From an uncultured Phycisphaerales bacterium (GTDB lineage: Bacteria; Planctomycetota; Phycisphaerae; Sedimentisphaerales; Anaerobacaceae), in contig CAVXEF010000026.1 in NCBI GenBank assembly GCA_963760535.1, positions 18,416-82,415 of the forward strand: a stretch of 64,000 nucleotides of DNA, read 5' to 3'. Position numbers and translations under genes: made by a program. Positions 1 to 8,953 of this stretch are shown piece by piece (the first letter of the stretch is position 1; every line of letters begins with the position of its first letter). The notes below the pieces were generated by a model, which did not search any database, was not told where the DNA came from, and saw only the letters and a list, made by a program, of their open reading frames with translations.

Positions 1-513
1 CATCTGAGGCCAGCGGTCGTAATTGATAATCGTCGCGATTATATTTCCGCCGAACGCAGGCCGAATCTGAAACAGCAGGTTTTTATGAATCTCCTCGTTA
101 TTCGGAGGCTTATGGTCGCCAATCTGTAAATCGGTACAGTCGGCGGTCAGGCCGGCCTTGATTGCACTTGCAATTCGAGGGGCCAAATCCCGACCCGTTA
201 TTGTAGCACCGTAAAGCACTATCTGCGGCTGGTACTTATGAATCAAATCAAAGATTACCTTTGCGTAGCTGTTCGCCTGGTAAGCGCCAAGCAGCGGATG
301 CTCAGCAAGATACACCTTGTCGGCCCCGTAATGTATTAACTTCGTCGCAAGGCCTTTGACATTGTCGCCTAAAAGAGCGGCTGCCAATTTTACGCCCAAT
401 GTATCAGCTAATCGCCGGGCCTTACTCATCAGTTCAATCGGCGTATCTTCCAAATGCCCATTATGCTGCTCGGCAAAGACCCAAACCTCACCTTGTCTAT
501 TCACATCTATCAT
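1..513 (-). CDS. etfA: electron transfer flavoprotein subunit alpha, N-terminal part (gene runs off the window start)
   Basis: Own translation of the minus strand from ATG 513-511: MIDVNRQGEVWVFAEQHNGHLEDTPIELMSKARRLADTLGVKLAAALLGDNV...YGATITGRDLAPRIASAIKAGLTADCTDL, an EtfA-type N domain. It starts 21 nt downstream of the etfB stop. It is absent from the ORF track because no stop codon lies in the window. Confidence 0.8.
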   Translation of the reverse strand, partial: MIDVNRQGEVWVFAEQHNGHLEDTPIELMSKARRLADTLGVKLAAALLGDNVKGLATKLIHYGADKVYLAEHPLLGAYQANSYAKVIFDLIHKYQPQIVLYGATITGRDLAPRIASAIKAGLTADCTDLQIGDHKPPNNEEIHKNLLFQIRPAFGGNIIATIINYDRWPQM

Positions 514-534
514 AATTTGCGCGCTCGTTAGGGG

Positions 535-1446
535 TTATGCGATTATCTTATCTTCAATTAGTTCGTGCACCATATTTGAAATGCCTTTGTCTGTCGGCTC
601 GATGTTTTTGCTTTCCTTGGCAGCGAGGACAACGCTTTGGATGCGATGGACTTTTGTCGGCGAGCCGTCCCGGCCGCACCATTTCAAATCAGCCTCGATA
701 AAATCCAAATCCCACTGCTTTATCAGCAGACCCTTTTGTTCCAACTCGCTGCATTTATGCTCAACCAGTTCCTTAATGATTTTTTCATCAGCGGCAGGGT
801 TATCATCTTTGACCTTTTTTTCAACTTCGACCGCTGTCTTCGCATTTTTATATTTCATCATTTTTTTTGCTGCCGCCGCCCTAGGCATATTCGCATCTGA
901 CGTAACTGTCAAAAGGGCCGGCAGTTTCGTCCGCACCTGCTGCCAGCCGTTGCCGATATTTCGCTGAGCGGTTATCGTTTTGCCGTTAAGCTCCAAAAGC
1001 TTTTCGACATAGGTAATCTGCGGGACGCCTAATTTTTCCGCCAGTTGTGGCCCAACCTGGGCGGTATCGCCGTCGATTGCCTGCCTGCCGCAAAGAACGA
1101 TATCGTAATCCTGTTTTTTGACCGCGCAGCTCAGGATGTAGCTCGTAGCCAACGTATCGCTGGCCGCACATCGGCGGTCGGTAACAAGAATCGCCTCATC
1201 CGCGCCACGGTAGAGCGAGTCGCGAAGAATCTGTGATGCCGCCGGCAGTCCCATCGTAATGACGCTGACCTTGCCGCCGAACCGGTCTTTAATTTCCAGA
1301 GCCATCTCGAGCGCATTCAAATCTTCCGGATTAAAAATCGCCGGCAAAGCACCCCGCCTGACCGTGCCATCATCGTTCATCACATCGCCGGTAATCCTTT
1401 TCGTATCCGGCACCTGTTTGATTAAAACAACGCAATTGTAAGCCAT
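535..1446 (-). CDS. etfB: electron transfer flavoprotein subunit beta (long form, 303 aa)
   Basis: ORF-track protein MAYNCVVLIKQVPDTKRI...CGRQAIDGDTAQVGPQLAEKLG...CGRDGSPTKV has typical EtfB/FixA motifs and is followed directly by etfA. Confidence 0.85.
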   Translation of the reverse strand: MAYNCVVLIKQVPDTKRITGDVMNDDGTVRRGALPAIFNPEDLNALEMALEIKDRFGGKVSVITMGLPAASQILRDSLYRGADEAILVTDRRCAASDTLATSYILSCAVKKQDYDIVLCGRQAIDGDTAQVGPQLAEKLGVPQITYVEKLLELNGKTITAQRNIGNGWQQVRTKLPALLTVTSDANMPRAAAAKKMMKYKNAKTAVEVEKKVKDDNPAADEKIIKELVEHKCSELEQKGLLIKQWDLDFIEADLKWCGRDGSPTKVHRIQSVVLAAKESKNIEPTDKGISNMVHELIEDKIIA

Positions 1447-1569
1447 TATTTCCTCTACGGCAGATACTTATCTGAAAACATTAACTCCTGGGAAAGAACC
1501 AGTTTAGCGAAATTAGGCCTGAAGTCAATCTCAAACCGATTCCGAGGACTGGCTGGTTCTTCGCTGATA

Positions 1570-2172
1570 CTATCGCCACAACTTAGAAGTGACCTTCGCG
1601 GCAGTGATGGTCAAGCCGTACTGCAACAAAACAAGAAAAGTTCCGCCGGCCAGCACTACTGCAACAAATATCGGTATCGTAAATGTAAATGACAGAAACG
1701 GCGTTTCAAATCTGTAGCTTGTCATTCTTCCGGCGACGGCCCACAAGGCCAGCAAAGCACAGATTAGAACCATAACGGCTGCAGTGAAGATAGCTGTCCT
1801 TTTGAAATAATCTCCTGCGTCTGAGCGATTATCAGAGGTGAGTAAAAATCTTCTGGCGGAGTAAATGCCGGCGAGAACGCCCAAAAAGATGTTGCCTACG
1901 GGAATGCCCATAAAGAAGCCGAGCGCACAAACGGAATAGAATACGTACACCACACCAATCGCCTTAGCGCTCATTGTGTAGGCGTTTTTGACCCACCTTT
2001 TGAGAAAGGCTACGTCAATCAACAAGCCCGGCAGCAAGGACCACAATTCCCACGGGCCCAGTGCCTTTGTTCCAAAGGCAATGGCAGCAAAAAGAACAGT
2101 TGCAATAAAAAAGGCAGCCAGCGGCATGAGGCCAAAAAACACACCCAGCATCAAAGATTCGATTTTGCCCAT
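1570..2172 (-). CDS. hypothetical polytopic membrane protein
   Basis: ORF 1570..2241 is hydrophobic throughout. I prefer the internal ATG at 2172 (MGKIESLML...), which is preceded by AAGGAAGGAAAG and lies 25 nt after the upstream stop. Confidence 0.5.
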   Translation of the reverse strand: MGKIESLMLGVFFGLMPLAAFFIATVLFAAIAFGTKALGPWELWSLLPGLLIDVAFLKRWVKNAYTMSAKAIGVVYVFYSVCALGFFMGIPVGNIFLGVLAGIYSARRFLLTSDNRSDAGDYFKRTAIFTAAVMVLICALLALWAVAGRMTSYRFETPFLSFTFTIPIFVAVVLAGGTFLVLLQYGLTITAAKVTSKLWR

Positions 2173-2197
2173 AATATTGTCTTTCCTTCCTTTACTA

Positions 2198-3031
2198 TTA
2201 TGCTCTTTCATCCTCGCCGTACTCCAAGCCGGGGAAAACATTTTGCAAAGCCCTGTCGAAACTGGTGGTATATACGATGCAGATAGAAAAAGTGATGGCC
2301 CAATGTAAATGGAAAACGAAATTGCAGAAGACGAACATGATGAGGACAGATGCCAGGCCGATGGTGACCTGAGCTATCGTCGCATTACGGTCGCTGATAC
2401 ACTCCTCATTGATAATCTCGATACGCAACATCAAAAGCATCAGAACACTGTTGACTATATTCCATATTGGAAAGACAAGCAGCCAGTCGTTAACGGCGCT
2501 GTTTTTTATTACATACCATGCCGAGAAGATGCCTGTGCCGGCATTTGTCAGGACAGCAAAGAGCAACATAATCTTTTTTTCAAAGTCGGTTTTCTCCCTT
2601 GTAGTGAAAATGTGATAAATACTGAGGCCCATGCCGCACAGAAAAAGCACGGCTACGGCGTATACTCGGACATCGTGAACTTTCGTCATCGACTTGTATA
2701 TTTGCTCTCTCATCGGAGCATTCATGGCGTAGAGCAGAATGAGCGTGGCCGCCATCAGAAACAATGACAATTCGTCGTAGGTGGGAACAAGCCATCCGGC
2801 TTTTTCTCTGAAGAACTCGGCCATGTCGTCACATTGTGCGCTCAATGAGGCGATTGCCTCTTTTGCCTGCTGCGACCTCTCTGGAGTATCGGCGCTGATG
2901 GCTGGCCTGCTTTTGGTGGTTTGTGGAACGACCAGAAGGTGCTTACACTTTGGGCAGTGGCCTTTTTTGCCGCGGCCCTCTTCTTGCACGAGTATCCTCT
3001 GCCCACAATAAATACACTTGAATTTTATCAC
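2198..3031 (-). CDS. membrane protein with N-terminal zinc-ribbon (CxxC...CxxC)
   Basis: N-terminus FKCIYCGQRILVQEEGRGKKGHCPKCKHLL, followed by several hydrophobic helices. Confidence 0.5.
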   Translation of the reverse strand: MIKFKCIYCGQRILVQEEGRGKKGHCPKCKHLLVVPQTTKSRPAISADTPERSQQAKEAIASLSAQCDDMAEFFREKAGWLVPTYDELSLFLMAATLILLYAMNAPMREQIYKSMTKVHDVRVYAVAVLFLCGMGLSIYHIFTTREKTDFEKKIMLLFAVLTNAGTGIFSAWYVIKNSAVNDWLLVFPIWNIVNSVLMLLMLRIEIINEECISDRNATIAQVTIGLASVLIMFVFCNFVFHLHWAITFSICIVYTTSFDRALQNVFPGLEYGEDERA

Positions 3032-3098
3032 GGCTGGAGCCTGCCGATATCTGACAATTATTAAGTCAGGGGGGTAAAATTACCCTGCTAACAATAAA

Positions 3099-4205
3099 TC
3101 AATAATCCAGAAAAACGATGTCTTCCGGCGTTGCGACGACGTCGCGTCGGGTTGGGCCGAGAAGTTTTCTGATTTCGCTGCTGTGCTTGCCAATGAGGCT
3201 CTTTAGCTCGGCGCTGCTAAAGTTTGTTACGGCTTTCGCACCGTCATTGAGCATAACAACTGAGCCGGTTTCGAACGTGCCTTTGACGGAAACCACGCCG
3301 CTCGGCAAAAGACTCTTTCGGCTTCTAATCGCTTTCATTGCGCCATCGTCAATAAATATCGTGCCTGCGGCGGCGCTATTTAGAATCCATCTTGCGCGGT
3401 TACCCAGTTTGCGCCTTGGCATAAATAAAGTGCCGATTTGCTCGCCTCCAATAATTCGGCTGATGACGTTTTCCAATCGGCCATCCGCCAGAACCAATCG
3501 ACAACCTGCGGTGGAAGCGATTTTGGCAGCTTCGAGTTTGGTCTTCATTCCGCCGGTCGCGTACCTGCTGCCGCTTTTGCCGGCACTTCGCATAACTTTA
3601 TCGGTTATCTCGTAAACGGCCGGTATCGGCTTAGCATCGGCGTACTTTCGCGGGTCCTTATCATAAAGGGCGTCAATGTCACTTAGCATAATCAATAAGT
3701 CCGCATCAATCTTGCTGGCGACCAGGGCACTGAGCCTGTCGTTATCGCCGAAGGCTGAGCCGATTTCATCGGTGGAGACGCTGTCGTTTTCATTAAGGAC
3801 CGGCACGACGCCTAACTTCAGGAGTGTCTCAACGGAATTGCGGAGGTTGAGATATGTTCTTCTATTGTTGAGCACATCAGCGGTCAGCAGAACCTGGGCA
3901 ACAATAACACCAAACCGGTCAAATGCTTTTCGATATTCGGTCATCAGCAGTGGCTGGCCGATAGCTGCGCAGGCCTGCCGCATCTTTGTATCTTTTACCT
4001 TTTCGGTCAGATTCAGTTGTCCTGCACCCATACCGATAGCGCCGGAGGTGATAATAACGACCTGCCTATCTTTTTTGCGCAGCTCGGCGATTTGGCCGGC
4101 TATCAGCCGGATGTACTCGGTGTCGATTTCGTTGGTGCCCTGCTTAGTGAGTGTATTGGTCCCTATCTTGATTACTACCTTCTTTACGCTGTCAAAATTT
4201 CTCAT
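3099..4205 (-). CDS. proB: glutamate 5-kinase (with C-terminal PUA domain)
   Basis: 368 aa with VVIKIGTNTLT...ITSGAIGMG...GDNDRLSALVA motifs. Its start abuts the proA stop. Confidence 0.9.
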   Translation of the reverse strand: MRNFDSVKKVVIKIGTNTLTKQGTNEIDTEYIRLIAGQIAELRKKDRQVVIITSGAIGMGAGQLNLTEKVKDTKMRQACAAIGQPLLMTEYRKAFDRFGVIVAQVLLTADVLNNRRTYLNLRNSVETLLKLGVVPVLNENDSVSTDEIGSAFGDNDRLSALVASKIDADLLIMLSDIDALYDKDPRKYADAKPIPAVYEITDKVMRSAGKSGSRYATGGMKTKLEAAKIASTAGCRLVLADGRLENVISRIIGGEQIGTLFMPRRKLGNRARWILNSAAAGTIFIDDGAMKAIRSRKSLLPSGVVSVKGTFETGSVVMLNDGAKAVTNFSSAELKSLIGKHSSEIRKLLGPTRRDVVATPEDIVFLDY

Positions 4206-5501
4206 TTATAGCTCACAATTTTTTTGAAGTTTTCTATGTGTAAACTCCTTTGCGTTTTTGCCTGAGTAATCGGCAACTGTTTGGCCTGAGCCGAGGAGTT
4301 TCCATTTGTAAATAACAAGGCCTTCGAGGCCAACTGGGCCGCGAGCGTGAATTTTATTAGTGCTGATGCCGACTTCAGCGCCGAGGCCATAACGGAAACC
4401 GTCACTGAACCTTGTGCTGGCGTTCCAGAACACATTAGCTGAATCAACAAGATTCATAAATTTAGCTGCCTTTTGTTTATCAGCGGTAACAATGGTATCG
4501 GTATGGCGTGAGCTGTAACGATTTATATGCTCGATAGCCTCATCGACGCCGTCAACGACCTTTATCGAGATAATATAATCGAGATACTCGGCTGACCAAT
4601 CCTTCTCGGCAGCCGGCTTTACTTTTATTATCGAAGCTGTTTTTTTGCAGCCGCGAAGCTCGACGCCTTTCTCCTCAAGTGCAGCTTTTACCATCGGCAG
4701 AAATTTTTCGGCGATTTTCGCATCGACCAGCAAAGTTTCAGCGGCATTACAGACAGCAACGTACTGACACTTCGAATCAACGGTGATATTAACGGCCATA
4801 TTCAAATCGGCATCGCCATCCACATAGACGTGGCAAATTCCCTCGGCGTGACCCAGGACGGGTATATTGGTATTATCCATTATGTGGCGGACGAATTCGT
4901 TCGAGCCGCGAGGGATAATCAGGTCGATATATTCATCCAATTTCAGGATTTCCGCGACATCGGCGCGAGTTTCCATCAGTCCGAGCCAGCCCTTTGGGAA
5001 TGCCGGCTGATTCTGCAGCCGGCTGATAAATTCGGCCAATATTTTATTTGTGTGCTGGGCCTCGGAGCCGCCCTTGAGCAGGACGGCATTGCCGCTTTTC
5101 AAACATAACGTCGAAATCTGCACCAGCGCATCCGGTCTTGATTCAAAGACGACGCCAATTACCCCGATAGGACAACTGACTTTATAAAGTTCCAGCCCTT
5201 CGTCGAGTTCGGTTGCTGCCAGTATCTTGCCGACAGGGTCGTCGAGCTTAATCAGGCTCTCGATGCCTGCAATGCAGTCGGCGATTTTGCCTTCGTCAAA
5301 CTTTAGGCGTTTCAGCAATGGGGCGGCGAGACTGCCCTGGGCGACTGAGAGGTCTTTTTCGTTGGCTGAGACAATTTCATGGCTGTGCTTCTTCAAGGCT
5401 TTGGCTATCTCGGCCAAGGCGTGGTTTTTAACATCGGTTTTAACCGCAGCTAACTGAATTGCGGCTTTTTTGGCCTGTTTCGCTATATCAGCAACACCCA
5501 T
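4206..5501 (-). CDS. proA: glutamate-5-semialdehyde dehydrogenase (gamma-glutamyl phosphate reductase)
   Basis: 431 aa in a proA-proB tandem, with typical IPRGSNEFV, VCNAAETLLV and ASTRFSDG motifs. Confidence 0.9.
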   Translation of the reverse strand: MGVADIAKQAKKAAIQLAAVKTDVKNHALAEIAKALKKHSHEIVSANEKDLSVAQGSLAAPLLKRLKFDEGKIADCIAGIESLIKLDDPVGKILAATELDEGLELYKVSCPIGVIGVVFESRPDALVQISTLCLKSGNAVLLKGGSEAQHTNKILAEFISRLQNQPAFPKGWLGLMETRADVAEILKLDEYIDLIIPRGSNEFVRHIMDNTNIPVLGHAEGICHVYVDGDADLNMAVNITVDSKCQYVAVCNAAETLLVDAKIAEKFLPMVKAALEEKGVELRGCKKTASIIKVKPAAEKDWSAEYLDYIISIKVVDGVDEAIEHINRYSSRHTDTIVTADKQKAAKFMNLVDSANVFWNASTRFSDGFRYGLGAEVGISTNKIHARGPVGLEGLVIYKWKLLGSGQTVADYSGKNAKEFTHRKLQKNCEL

Positions 5502-5639
5502 TTTTAATCTTCTTTACTGTTTACGATTGAATCTTTATAATTGACTGCCGAATTATAAATAATAAACAGCAAATAGAAAATAATAAATAGTGCCTGCGGG
5601 TCCGCCATCGATGGAATCGATGGCGAGACCTCGCCAAGG

Positions 5640-5710
5640 GCGGGTGTAGCTTAGTGGTAAAGCACCAGCCTTCCAAGCTGGTCAGGTGGGTTCGATTCCC
5701 ATCACCCGCT
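5640..5710 (+). tRNA. tRNA-Gly (anticodon UCC)
   Basis: Hand-folded cloverleaf: acceptor GCGGGTG/CACCCGC, D arm GCTT-AGTGGTA-AAGC, anticodon stem CCAGC/GCTGG with loop CTTCCAA, T arm GTGGG-TTCGATT-CCCAT. No encoded CCA; followed by a T run. Confidence 0.85.
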
Positions 5711-5955
5711 TTTTTTATACCATCCATCCCCAACCTCATACACCTCGATAATTCTGCGGTCTTTTCATCCGCTGCGCACAAATGCTGAAACCACATACGC
5801 ACCTGTGAAAAAATCACATCGAAAACTTAAAAAAGTATTCAACCCAAACATAAAAATAGTTTTTCCCCTAAACGTATTTGCCTACAGGGATTACGGATTT
5901 TCAGTAATGGTCCTATAATAAGATTTTTATAAAATTTTTAAAAAAACAAATTTAT

Positions 5956-5986
5956 GTGTTGACTTGGTGGGAGAAAGTGGTAGTAT
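5956..5986 (+). promoter_or_regulatory. candidate mraZ/dcw promoter with MraZ-box-like direct repeats
   Basis: TTGACT (5959-5964), a 16-nt spacer, then TAGTAT (5981-5986). Direct repeats GTGTT/GTGGG/GTGGT at 5956/5967/5977 with 10-11 nt phasing overlap the spacer. This resembles the TGGGN repeat operators described for MraZ. Confidence 0.45.
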
Positions 5987-6021
5987 TTCCCACAATCAAT
6001 TAGCTTAGTGGAGCAAATGCC

Positions 6022-6495
6022 ATGCTTTTATTAACAGGTGAATATCAGCACTTAGTTGACGACAAAAGCAGAGTCCTAATCTCCAACAAGCTACGGTCGC
6101 AAATCGACTGCGATGAGTACGGCAGCAATTTCTATTTAGTCCTCGGCGCCAACGGCATACTTTGCCTGTACCCAGAGAAATACTTCGAACAAATTGTCCT
6201 TACGGTTACCGGCAGTACCGTTGCGCCGGATGAAGCTGTGGCATTTGAACGAATGACCTTTGCACTGGCTTCAAAGGTGGAACTCGACGGGCAGGGGCGA
6301 CTACTCCTGAACGAAAAGCTGAGAAAAAGAGCAGGACTGAAAGAGAAAATTACACTTGTCGGCATAAGAGACCACATCGAATTGTGGAACAGCGAAAACT
6401 GGGAGCAGTATCTGGCAGATAATATGGACCAGTACCAGAAACAAACATCGCAGGCACGGCAGATTGCGATGCAAAAACAGCAAGAGCAACTTTAA
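6022..6495 (+). CDS. mraZ: division/cell wall cluster transcriptional regulator MraZ
   Basis: 157 aa starting MLLLTGEYQHLVDDKSRVLI, with a second SpoVT/AbrB-like half (VELDGQGRLLLNEKL). It sits upstream of rsmH. Confidence 0.9.
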   Translation: MLLLTGEYQHLVDDKSRVLISNKLRSQIDCDEYGSNFYLVLGANGILCLYPEKYFEQIVLTVTGSTVAPDEAVAFERMTFALASKVELDGQGRLLLNEKLRKRAGLKEKITLVGIRDHIELWNSENWEQYLADNMDQYQKQTSQARQIAMQKQQEQL

Positions 6496-6544
6496 TTTTT
6501 CAGTCCGCCTTCGCCAAGGCTACGGCGGATGAAAAGGAGGCAAC

Positions 6545-6751
6545 GTGATTGGAACGGATTCAAATCATTGTGAGGTTGTAAGAGAGAGCATTATCGGCGA
6601 AAGGGCGATTGACGAGCAGACCTTTGCGGCACTGGCGATTCTTAACGAACGCCTGGAACGGCTGAGAAAACTTAACAAAGTTTTTTCCGCCGTTGCGTTC
6701 TCATCCGCTGTTAAAAAGCTTAAAAGACGGAATAACAAAGTGCTTGTATAA
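6545..6751 (+). CDS. small hypothetical protein (68 aa) between mraZ and rsmH
   Basis: GTG start 6 nt after a strong AAGGAGG (6533-6539). No family recognised. Confidence 0.4.
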   Translation: MIGTDSNHCEVVRESIIGERAIDEQTFAALAILNERLERLRKLNKVFSAVAFSSAVKKLKRRNNKVLV

Positions 6752-6775
6752 AATACCCGACGGCTGGAGCGTGCG

Positions 6776-7723
6776 GTGTATAGAAAACCGAACGTTATGT
6801 GCCAAACGCCAGAGGTTATGAATGAGACGGCATCGGAGCATATACCGGTTCTCGCGAAGACGTTGACCGAGCAGATAAACTTACCGCAGGAGGCGGTGAT
6901 GGTCGATGCGACCATAGGACACGGAGGTCACAGTTATCTGTTCGGTAAAACTTTGGGCCCTGGGGCGACCTTGCTGGGTTTAGACATAGATAAAAAGTCG
7001 GTCCACAGGGCCCAATCCATATTAAAAGGTCTTGCGTGCAGGGTTATTCTTATTCATTCGAACTTTTCCAAGATTGCTGACTGTCTGAACAACGAGGGCA
7101 TAAACGAAGCCGACTTTATCCTTGCAGACCTGGGCGTCTGCTCAGCACAATTAGCCGATGTCGAGATGGGAATGAGCTTTCAATCGGATATGCCCCTCGA
7201 TATGAGATTTGACAAAAGATTAAAGACGACTGCTGCCGATATAGTTAATAAAGCGGATGAAAAGTCCTTAGCGGATTTGATTTACAGGTTCAGCCAGGAG
7301 AGAGCTTCACGGAGAATCGCACGCTTCATCGTGCGGCACCGCCGCAGTGAGCGGATAACAACAACGTCTCAGTTAGCCCAGATAGTTTGCAGGGCACTGG
7401 CTCGACCGACACGAAAGCAATGGTCGAGGATTCACCCCGCGACAAGAACTTTTCAGGCCCTGAGAATCGCCGTCAATAATGAGCTGGAAAACCTTGAGGC
7501 GCTGCTTGCTTCGGCTCCGCAGATTCTGAAAAAAAATGGTTATATAGCAGTTATCAGCTATCACAGTCTGGAAGACAGAATCGTTAAAAACAACTTTAAG
7601 CAGAACGAAAAAGAAAGGGTCTACAAGGTTATCACGAAAAAACCGATTGTTCCTGAGCCGGAGGAAATCGCAGAAAATCGGCGAGCCAGAAGTGCAAAAT
7701 TGAGGATTGCACAGAAAATATAA
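6776..7723 (+). CDS. rsmH: 16S rRNA (cytosine1402-N4)-methyltransferase
   Basis: SEHIPVL...DATIGHGGHS...DLGVCSAQL...SYHSLEDRIVK motifs. The start is ambiguous (GTG 6776, ATG 6797 or ATG 6819). Confidence 0.9.
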   Translation: MYRKPNVMCQTPEVMNETASEHIPVLAKTLTEQINLPQEAVMVDATIGHGGHSYLFGKTLGPGATLLGLDIDKKSVHRAQSILKGLACRVILIHSNFSKIADCLNNEGINEADFILADLGVCSAQLADVEMGMSFQSDMPLDMRFDKRLKTTAADIVNKADEKSLADLIYRFSQERASRRIARFIVRHRRSERITTTSQLAQIVCRALARPTRKQWSRIHPATRTFQALRIAVNNELENLEALLASAPQILKKNGYIAVISYHSLEDRIVKNNFKQNEKERVYKVITKKPIVPEPEEIAENRRARSAKLRIAQKI

Positions 7724-7752
7724 CACAGAAAACAGAAAAAGGAGTTTCGGCC

Positions 7753-8661
7753 ATGAGTTCGGAAGCAAAGATTGGATTGCTGGTAGGGTCTGGTTTTTAT
7801 ATTTCTGATTGCGTTTATAATCAACGGGATGCCCATCTTTCACAAGAATACAGACAACAACAAGCTATCCAACAATATGGTGAGCCACGAAAACACCCCA
7901 CCGGGACTTGCTGCCAAGGAACGAAGGATTCGGGAGGCATTCGAGCCAGCGGAGTCGGTTAAACAAACGCAACTCGCATCCGGGACCAAGCCGGCAGAAA
8001 ATAATAGTCTTGCCGCAACGGAATTATCACCTCCACCTTCCACCGTGGCGGCGACAAACCCATCCGAAACCACAGGAACTGTCTCGGTGCAACCTTTAAC
8101 TGCTTTGGCGGAAACAACCGACAATAAAGTGGATTCGACAGGGGCTTCGGCTGAGCTGGCCGAATGTCCTCACCACAGGTTAAATCAAGCGAAGCAACTT
8201 CGCCGGAGATTTACGTTGTCGCCGAGGGGGATAATCTCGGCACTATAGCCAAGAAGGTTTACGGCAGCCAGCACGGCAACGAAAAAAACAATATTACGCG
8301 CATATTCCAGGCCAATCGCAGTACTCTGAAATCACCTGACGAAATTTATGTCGGCCAAAAGCTTGTTATACCGCTCTTAGCTGAATCACAGGCGGGCAAA
8401 AACAAGCTCGAAAAACTTTCCCGTCCCACCCTTCTTGAGGAGGTCAAATCCATAAGTCAAAAAAACGTTACGACCGCTCCGAGCCGAGCTGAAGAAAACA
8501 AAAGCTACATTGTGCAGCAGGGCGACAGCTTATGGCATATCGCAACCAAGCAGTTAGGCGACGGCAGCCGCTACGAAGAAATAGTCGAATTAAACGCCAA
8601 TATCTTAGAGAGCGAAGACAATCTGGCGGTGGGAATGTGTCTGAAATTGCCTAAGCGCTGA
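7753..8661 (+). CDS. membrane-anchored protein with Pro/Thr/Ser-rich linker and two C-terminal LysM domains (two apparent frameshifts)
   Basis: Three ORFs (7753, 7829, 8164) join as MSSEAKIGLLVG|LVFIFLIAFIINGMPIF...STGASAEL|..SSPQVKSSEATSPEIYVVAEGDNLGTIAKK. LysM motifs are YVVAEGDNLGTIA...YVGQKLVIP and YIVQQGDSLWHIA. Frame changes fall near 7786 (GGG run) and near 8160. Confidence 0.6.
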
Positions 8662-8716
8662 ACAACCGGGTTCGACCCCGACGCTCGGGGCAGGCAGGCT
8701 CACCACAAGTCAAATC

Positions 8717-8932
8717 ATGAGGGCACGATTTCGCTTCGTTTTTGTTGTTTTTTGGGTGACAGCCATTTTAATTTTGACTGTTCATCTGCGCAATGTTAAC
8801 AACCGGATTTTTTACGAGCTTTGCGTCCGAAGAACCGAACAGAACCGACTGAAACAGCATCTCTGGCAGAAACAATTGGAGGTGGAAAGCCTGATAAATC
8901 CCGCTGCTGTCTCGCGACGTACAGGCCAATAA
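8717..8932 (+). CDS. ftsL: FtsL-like small bitopic cell-division protein
   Basis: 71 aa with one TM helix (FVFVVFWVTAILILTV) followed by a short coiled-coil segment. It occupies the position immediately upstream of ftsI. Confidence 0.5.
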   Translation: MRARFRFVFVVFWVTAILILTVHLRNVNNRIFYELCVRRTEQNRLKQHLWQKQLEVESLINPAAVSRRTGQ

Positions 8933-8953
8933 AAACGAAATCTTCTGACCAAA

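Noticed and set aside
356-967. Long antisense or alternative-frame ORFs inside clear genes (for example 356..967+, 31221..31715-, 50307..50960-, 53661..54218-, 61862..62752+)
   Set aside because: Each lies opposite to, or out of frame with, a gene that has unmistakable family motifs. Their translations are low-complexity (Ser/Arg/Ala/Leu rich), typical of shadow ORFs.
5521-5817. 98-aa minus-strand ORF in the ORF track
   Set aside because: It runs antisense straight through tRNA-Gly(UCC) and AT-rich promoter DNA, has no ribosome-binding site and its composition looks non-coding. It is a spurious ORF.
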